A model generated the notes under the pieces. The model had not been told where the DNA came from. It worked only from the letters and a program-made list of their open reading frames with translations, and searched no databases. From a virus: DNA of 64,000 bases. Below are positions 59,184 through 64,000 of this stretch, piece by piece; the first letter of the stretch is position 1; each line of letters starts with the position of its first letter. The stretch covers positions 1 to 64,000 of IMG/VR virus record IMGVR_UViG_3300035698_019895; one strand, written 5' to 3'. Made by a program: the position numbers and the translations under genes.

Positions 59184-59274
59184 GGAAGGGCCATCCGATA
59201 GCTGGCGACGGATGCTGTCTTGAAAACAGTTAGCTGTAACAGGCGTATAGGTTCGACCCCTATCCCTTCCGCCA
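59184..59274 (+). tRNA. tRNA-Ser(TGA)
   Basis: GGAAGGG/CCCTTCC-G-CCA; GCTGT-CTTGAAA-ACAGT; long variable arm. Confidence 0.9.
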
Positions 59275-59351
59275 ATCCCTGTAGCCCAATCGGATAGGGC
59301 ATCAGATTTCTAATCTGAACACTATAGGTTCAAATCCTATCAGGGATGCCA
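59275..59351 (+). tRNA. tRNA-Arg(TCT)
   Basis: ATCCCTG/CAGGGAT-G-CCA; TCAGA-TTTCTAA-TCTGA. Confidence 0.92.
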
Positions 59352-59427
59352 ATGCCTATAGCTGAAATGGAACAGCATCTGACTACGAATCAGAGCAATG
59401 TAAGTTCGACTCTTACTAGGCATACCA
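59352..59427 (+). tRNA. tRNA-Arg(ACG)
   Basis: ATGCCTA/TAGGCAT-A-CCA; TCTGA-CTACGAA-TCAGA. Confidence 0.92.
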
Positions 59428-59503
59428 GGTGACTGTAGTGTAATGGTTAGCATATTTGACTGTGACTCAAATGGTATGGGTTCGAATCCCATCGTTCACC
59501 CCA
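59428..59503 (+). tRNA. tRNA-His(GTG) with encoded G-1
   Basis: G-GTGACTG/CGTTCAC-C-CCA; TTTGA-CTGTGAC-TCAAA. Confidence 0.92.
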
Positions 59504-59552
59504 TAAACAAAAGGAGAAATAATGAAATCAGGATTAACAATTACAGGATTTA

Positions 59553-60341
59553 ATGAGTAAATTAGACGGTTTGGCTATTGGTGATAGAATGAAGAGATAT
59601 GAAAAAGTATCTGAATTTGTATTATCAAGACGAATTCCAGTAATAATTCGCATAGATGGAAGAGCATTTCACACTGTTACTCGTAAACGTTTTGGTAAGA
59701 ATTGGTCTATGGAATTTGTAGAACAGATGATAGAAACAGCTAAGACAGTTATGACTGATATACAAGGATGTAACTTTTGTTACTCTCAATCTGACGAAAT
59801 AAGTTTTCTTCTGACAGATTATACTACTATACGAACAGAAGCTTGGTTTGGATATGATATTAGAAAACTTATATCTATATCTGCTTCTTTAGCAAGTTCG
59901 GTATTTTCTAGATTATACGGTAAAAATGTATGTTTTGATAGTAGAGCTTTTTCTCTTCCTCAAGATGAAGTATGTAATTACTTTATTTGGAGACAAGTAG
60001 ATGCTACTAGAAATGCGATACAAATGGCAGGAAGAGAATATTTTTCTCACAAGCAACTAAATGAAAAAAGTTGTAATGAAATACAAGAAATGCTCTTCCA
60101 AGAAAATAATATAAATTTCAATGATTATCCTGTAGTTAGAAAAAGAGGGTTTTCTATAATAAAACAATTTGAACATCAAAAAGACTTTGATGAAACTATT
60201 CAGAAGAATGATAAATTATATAAAGCTGAAAGTGGTGAAGAAGTAAAAAATAGAAAGAAACCATATGCTGATTTAGAGATTCCTATATTTACTCAAGATA
60301 GAAACTATATAAAACAGTTTGTAAACGTAAGAGAGGATTAA
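59553..60341 (+). CDS. thg1: tRNA(His) guanylyltransferase Thg1-like 3'-5' polymerase
   Basis: GDRMKRYE, IRIDGRAFH, YSQSDEIS, FDSR, NYFIWRQ.DA.RN. Confidence 0.93.
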   Translation: MSKLDGLAIGDRMKRYEKVSEFVLSRRIPVIIRIDGRAFHTVTRKRFGKNWSMEFVEQMIETAKTVMTDIQGCNFCYSQSDEISFLLTDYTTIRTEAWFGYDIRKLISISASLASSVFSRLYGKNVCFDSRAFSLPQDEVCNYFIWRQVDATRNAIQMAGREYFSHKQLNEKSCNEIQEMLFQENNINFNDYPVVRKRGFSIIKQFEHQKDFDETIQKNDKLYKAESGEEVKNRKKPYADLEIPIFTQDRNYIKQFVNVRED

Positions 60342-60456
60342 AAGATGAATAAAAACAACTTATTACCAATTTGTGGAAATTGTGGATGTAGAAGATATAC
60401 TGCTTGTAAATGTAGAAAACCTACACCTAATTCGATATCGCAAAAAAGAAAAAATT

Positions 60457-60532
60457 CCAGAGGTAGCTCAACTGACTGAGCAGCACACTCATAATGTGCC
60501 ATATGTAGGTTTGAATCCTGCCCTCTGGACCA
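60457..60532 (+). tRNA. tRNA-Met/Ile2(CAT), elongator type
   Basis: CCAGAGG/CCTCTGG-A-CCA; GCACA-CTCATAA-TGTGC; lacks the initiator GGG/CCC pairs. Confidence 0.88.
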
Positions 60533-61408
60533 AATAAAGAGATTAAAATGAAAACAAATTATCTATTTTATAAAATTATGGACAAAAAGTTTCCTTCAAT
60601 GGGAAAATGGTGGGTATTAGTTTTAAATACTGTAAAAAGATTATCTGATTATCAAGAAGTCCAATCGCAAAGAATGATAAACTCTTATGTTGATGCAAAA
60701 ACTCAATTACGAAAAGGTCAACATGTAGAATATGAAGGATATGTTTTACTTAAAACATTAGAAAATAGAGCCAATAGAAAAACAATAGCTGATGATATGA
60801 CTATTTTAAGTGAGGTTATGCAGACTCCTATGACAAACTTTTTTATAAATGGGGAAATACCTTTAATTAATTCTGTAGGTGGTTATAGATTTTTAGATAA
60901 AACAGTAGAAGTACTTGAAAAACTTGAGAAAGACGAAATGGTTTGGCCAGATGATAATGATTTAAAGATTAAAGTTTCTCGATGGCCAGAAGGTGTACAT
61001 TACTATGCCAAAGTTGGTAAATATGATGTACAAGATAAAGAAGGTAACGTAAAATGGAATACATCAAAACAAGCAAGAACAGAAGCTAAAAAATTCTTAA
61101 AGAGAATAAATAATGGGATTACTAGAAAATAAAAAATTATATAATTCATTGTCTTTAAAGAAAAAGAAAGAAGCAATAGATTTTTTAAAAACTTGGATAC
61201 ATAAAAACGATATTAAAAAAATAGATATTGCTATAAAGAAAGAACCTGAAAGTTGGTTTGCTTCTTATCATTTTAATTGGGGCATGGCGGTTAGAAATGC
61301 CTTAAGGACTGAAGGGTGTGGAGAAAAATATTTTGGTATAGATAATCTTGATGATATATATGTAGAGTTAGTAGAAGATGTCATAAAAAATAAAAAAAGG
61401 AGTAAAAT

Positions 61409-62005
61409 ATGACAAAGAAAATCGTACATCTCATGATAGCCATGTTTATGATTATTGCTATGACTTCACCTATATCTTTCGCAACAGAAAAATCATCCGA
61501 GGAAGTTATAATAGCTGACTTTAACAGTGGTATAAAGCCCAATAAGATAGGCGGTAACTTCGGAGCATGGGATAAAGACCCTGCAGATTTCTCACAAGGT
61601 TGTGAAGAAATATTTGACAGTAAGAATAGATATGGCTTACGTGGATTCTCAATCAAATTAGACTATGATGTTGATTCTGAGAAACCAGCTTATAATGGAT
61701 TTTGGATGTTCTTACAAAACTTTGATGCATCAGAGTATGAAAGCATATCTCTATGGGTAAAAGGTGATAGCGATGGATATACAACTGTATTTAAAATTGA
61801 ACTCAAGAATGCCAAGAAGGAAGTAGGTCGTTACTATATAACAGAAGCAACAGAGAATTGGGTAGAATTTGTTATACCGCTGGAAGATTTCAGAGGAATA
61901 ACAGACTTCTCAAGCATGACAGAGTTCGTCATTGTATTTGAAGATAGAGTTGTCTCAAACAAAGATGGCGCAATATATATAGATGATATTAAGTTTATAA
62001 AATAA
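61409..62005 (+). CDS. secreted carbohydrate-binding (CBM11/galactose-binding-like) protein
   Basis: Signal peptide; IADF, D.S.Y..IS.WVKG, F.IELK, W....IPL.DF, G.IYIDDI.F. Confidence 0.75.
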   Translation: MTKKIVHLMIAMFMIIAMTSPISFATEKSSEEVIIADFNSGIKPNKIGGNFGAWDKDPADFSQGCEEIFDSKNRYGLRGFSIKLDYDVDSEKPAYNGFWMFLQNFDASEYESISLWVKGDSDGYTTVFKIELKNAKKEVGRYYITEATENWVEFVIPLEDFRGITDFSSMTEFVIVFEDRVVSNKDGAIYIDDIKFIK

Positions 62006-62015
62006 AGAGAGTATT

Positions 62016-62089
62016 CGAGGGTTAGCTCAATGGTAGAGCAGTCGGATGATAACCGACCAATAGAGGTTCAATTCCTTTACTCTCGACCA
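62016..62089 (+). tRNA. tRNA-Ile(GAT)
   Basis: CGAGGGT/ACTCTCG-A-CCA; GTCGG-ATGATAA-CCGAC. Confidence 0.9.
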
Positions 62090-62165
62090 GGGCTCGTAGC
62101 GTAGTGGTTTACGCACCTGACTTTTAATCAGGCTTACGCAGGTTCGATTCCTGCCGAGCTCACCA
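62090..62165 (+). tRNA. tRNA-Lys(TTT)
   Basis: GGGCTCG/CGAGCTC-A-CCA; CCTGA-CTTTTAA-TCAGG. Confidence 0.93.
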
Positions 62166-62255
62166 GGAAGGTTGGCTGAGTGGTTTAAAGCGGTGCTCTG
62201 CTAAGGCATTGAGGATTTATCTCCTCCGCAGGTTCGAATCCCGCACCTTCCGCCA
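62166..62255 (+). tRNA. tRNA-Ser(GCT)
   Basis: GGAAGGT/ACCTTCC-G-CCA; GTGCT-CTGCTAA-GGCAT; long variable arm. Confidence 0.93.
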
Positions 62256-62429
62256 AAAAGAAAGGAGTATATCATGAGAAACAAAATTATTAGAGCAGTA
62301 CAAAAGAAAGCAGATACTTCAAAACAAAAGATAGATGCTTCTATTGTATCAAGAGTAGCTAGTTTAACTATAGATGAAGTAATGAAAATATTAAAAAGAA
62401 AAAGAAATAAATAAAAAGGAGGAATAAAA

Positions 62430-62687
62430 ATGGAAAAAACTAAAGTAGTACACTGTAAAAAAGAAGCTTATGATGTTTATATAGGTAGAAATTCTATATG
62501 GGGTAATCCTTTTAGCACAGGAACTTATGGTAGAAAAGGTGCAATAATGAAATATAAACTATGGCTTGAAAGTCAGCCTCAATTGCTTAGAAAATTAAAA
62601 GAATTGAAGGGTAAAACATTAGGTTGTTGGTGCAAACCATTAGAATGTCATGGTGATGCATTGGTGGAGTTGGCTGAAAGATTGTAA
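62430..62687 (+). CDS. DUF4326-family protein
   Basis: VVHCK...YDVYIGR.S.WGNPF, L.GK.LGCWCKP..CHGD.L. Confidence 0.9.
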   Translation: MEKTKVVHCKKEAYDVYIGRNSIWGNPFSTGTYGRKGAIMKYKLWLESQPQLLRKLKELKGKTLGCWCKPLECHGDALVELAERL

Positions 62688-62799
62688 TGAAAAAGAAAAA
62701 AAGATGTGAGCAATGTGGAAAAAGATTTGTACCTAAAAATTCTCAACAAGAATATTGTACTGGTAAATGTTGGGAGAAAGCTAATGGGATAAACAAAAA

Positions 62800-63159
62800 A
62801 TGATTATAGAAGGAATTGTTTTAAAAGGTTTGGGGAAAGCTAGTAAAGCAATGGCTCAATGTATAGAAGGATATAAAACTATATTAAATGAATCTATCTT
62901 TCCCGGAACATTTAATATTCAAGTTAAAAAAAATCTTTACTTACTAAGTCCAACTATTAGAAGTAATGGTGGAAAATTTTGGAGAGTTAAAATAACAAAA
63001 CCAAAAGCAGTTGCTGTATGGATTTATAAACAAGTTGGTTCAGAAATGCCAGATAATCAATTACAAATATTGTCTCAACATAGATTAAGGGGTTATCTAG
63101 GAATTGGAACGAACGGGACAATACATATAGACATAAATAGAAGGCATGTAAAAAACTAA
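62800..63159 (+). CDS. CTP-dependent riboflavin kinase-like protein
   Basis: G.V..GLG.AS, FPGTFNI, ILS...LR..L. Confidence 0.65.
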   Translation: MIIEGIVLKGLGKASKAMAQCIEGYKTILNESIFPGTFNIQVKKNLYLLSPTIRSNGGKFWRVKITKPKAVAVWIYKQVGSEMPDNQLQILSQHRLRGYLGIGTNGTIHIDINRRHVKN

Positions 63160-63325
63160 TGAATAAATTTCATAATCTCGTTTTTATAAGTAATAAAATA
63201 AAATATCAAAATGGTAAAGAGGTTGATAAATTTATAATAGGAGATTATGAACTTGAATTTGCTAAACATGATACTTCTAAATATATAAATGTTTTTATTA
63301 AATGTAAAAAAATTGGAAAAGAAAA

Positions 63326-63700
63326 ATGAAAGAAATTAAATTTAGAGCTTGGGATAAGAAGAAAAGAAAAGGTAGTAAGTCAGGTATGAGCAAATCTTTT
63401 TCTTTATTAGAAGCATTAGAAATGAATAACACTAACTTTGATGGTTGGAAAGACCAAATCTTCATGCAATATATAGGATTAAATGATAAATATGATATTG
63501 AAATCTATGACGGAGATATAATTCTTCACAAATGGGAAGGAGATTGTTATGGAGGTAGTTCAGGAGAAATGATATTTGAAGTTAAACAAGCAGAACAATC
63601 TCATTATATAAACTTTGATTGTTTGGCAGCTATATTTCCTTGGCAAATAGAAATAATTGGTAATATATATGAAAACCCAAAACTAATGAGAAAGATATGA
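63326..63700 (+). CDS. YopX-family protein
   Basis: EIKFRAWD, MQYIGL.D....EIY.GDI, EIIGNIYENP. Confidence 0.9.
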   Translation: MKEIKFRAWDKKKRKGSKSGMSKSFSLLEALEMNNTNFDGWKDQIFMQYIGLNDKYDIEIYDGDIILHKWEGDCYGGSSGEMIFEVKQAEQSHYINFDCLAAIFPWQIEIIGNIYENPKLMRKI

Positions 63701-64000
63701 GAGAAATTAAATTCAGGGTTTGGGATGAAAATAAAATGACATATAACTATATTCACAAAGATGCACCAACTATCTTCTTAAATGCTAAAGGTATACTTGT
63801 GAAATCAGAGAATGTTATCCTCATGCAATATGTAGGTCTAAAGGATAAAAATAATGTTGAAATCTATGAAGGTGATATATTACAATATCCTAATGAGAAT
63901 TTGCTTGTTTTAATAAAATTTGGAAAATATGATAATGAAGAATGGTATGAAGATAATATATCAGGTTATGGTTATTATTTAGAAATAGAAAATAAATCAA
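63697..64000 (+). CDS. YopX-family protein, second tandem copy (3'-truncated)
   Basis: MREIKFRVWD...MQYVGLKDKNNVEIYEGDIL; open to the window end. Confidence 0.85.
   Translation, partial: MREIKFRVWDENKMTYNYIHKDAPTIFLNAKGILVKSENVILMQYVGLKDKNNVEIYEGDILQYPNENLLVLIKFGKYDNEEWYEDNISGYGYYLEIENKS

Noticed and set aside
59184-59274. tRNA-Sec (extended D stem, GGAAG start)
   Set aside because: The anticodon is TGA (Ser), not TCA, and the acceptor stem is 7 bp.

Overview
This is an AT-rich, gene-dense fragment of a large dsDNA bacteriophage, probably the early/middle region. Essentially all credible genes lie on the + strand, many are short and translationally coupled, and no structural genes are recognisable. 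Replication and recombination genes: DnaX-like clamp loader, 5'-3' exonuclease, primase-polymerase/ATPase, RecA, UvsY-like protein, RuvC, family B DNA polymerase and a Cas4-like nuclease. Nucleotide metabolism: class II RNR carrying an HNH intein, ThyX, a MazG-like enzyme and a deoxyribosyltransferase. RNA genes: 12 canonical tRNAs plus one degenerate tRNA-like element, accompanied by a CCA-adding enzyme and Thg1. Three loci stand out. (1) A Ro60/TROVE gene preceded by a boxA-led array of structured ncRNAs; four share a co-varying Y-RNA-type handle but each carries a different internal module, one being a permuted tRNA mimic. (2) A trio of CmoA-like carboxy-SAM synthase, asparagine-synthase-like amide ligase and C5-cytosine methyltransferase with an Asn-to-Arg motif X, predicting carboxymethylcytosine-based DNA hypermodification. 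(3) A complete deamidating NAD+ salvage route (PncA-PncB-NadD-NadE) interleaved with a TerY-P-like vWA/PP2C/kinase triad and SLOG, HD and CoaD-like genes. All protein calls come from motif recognition by eye, not database searches.
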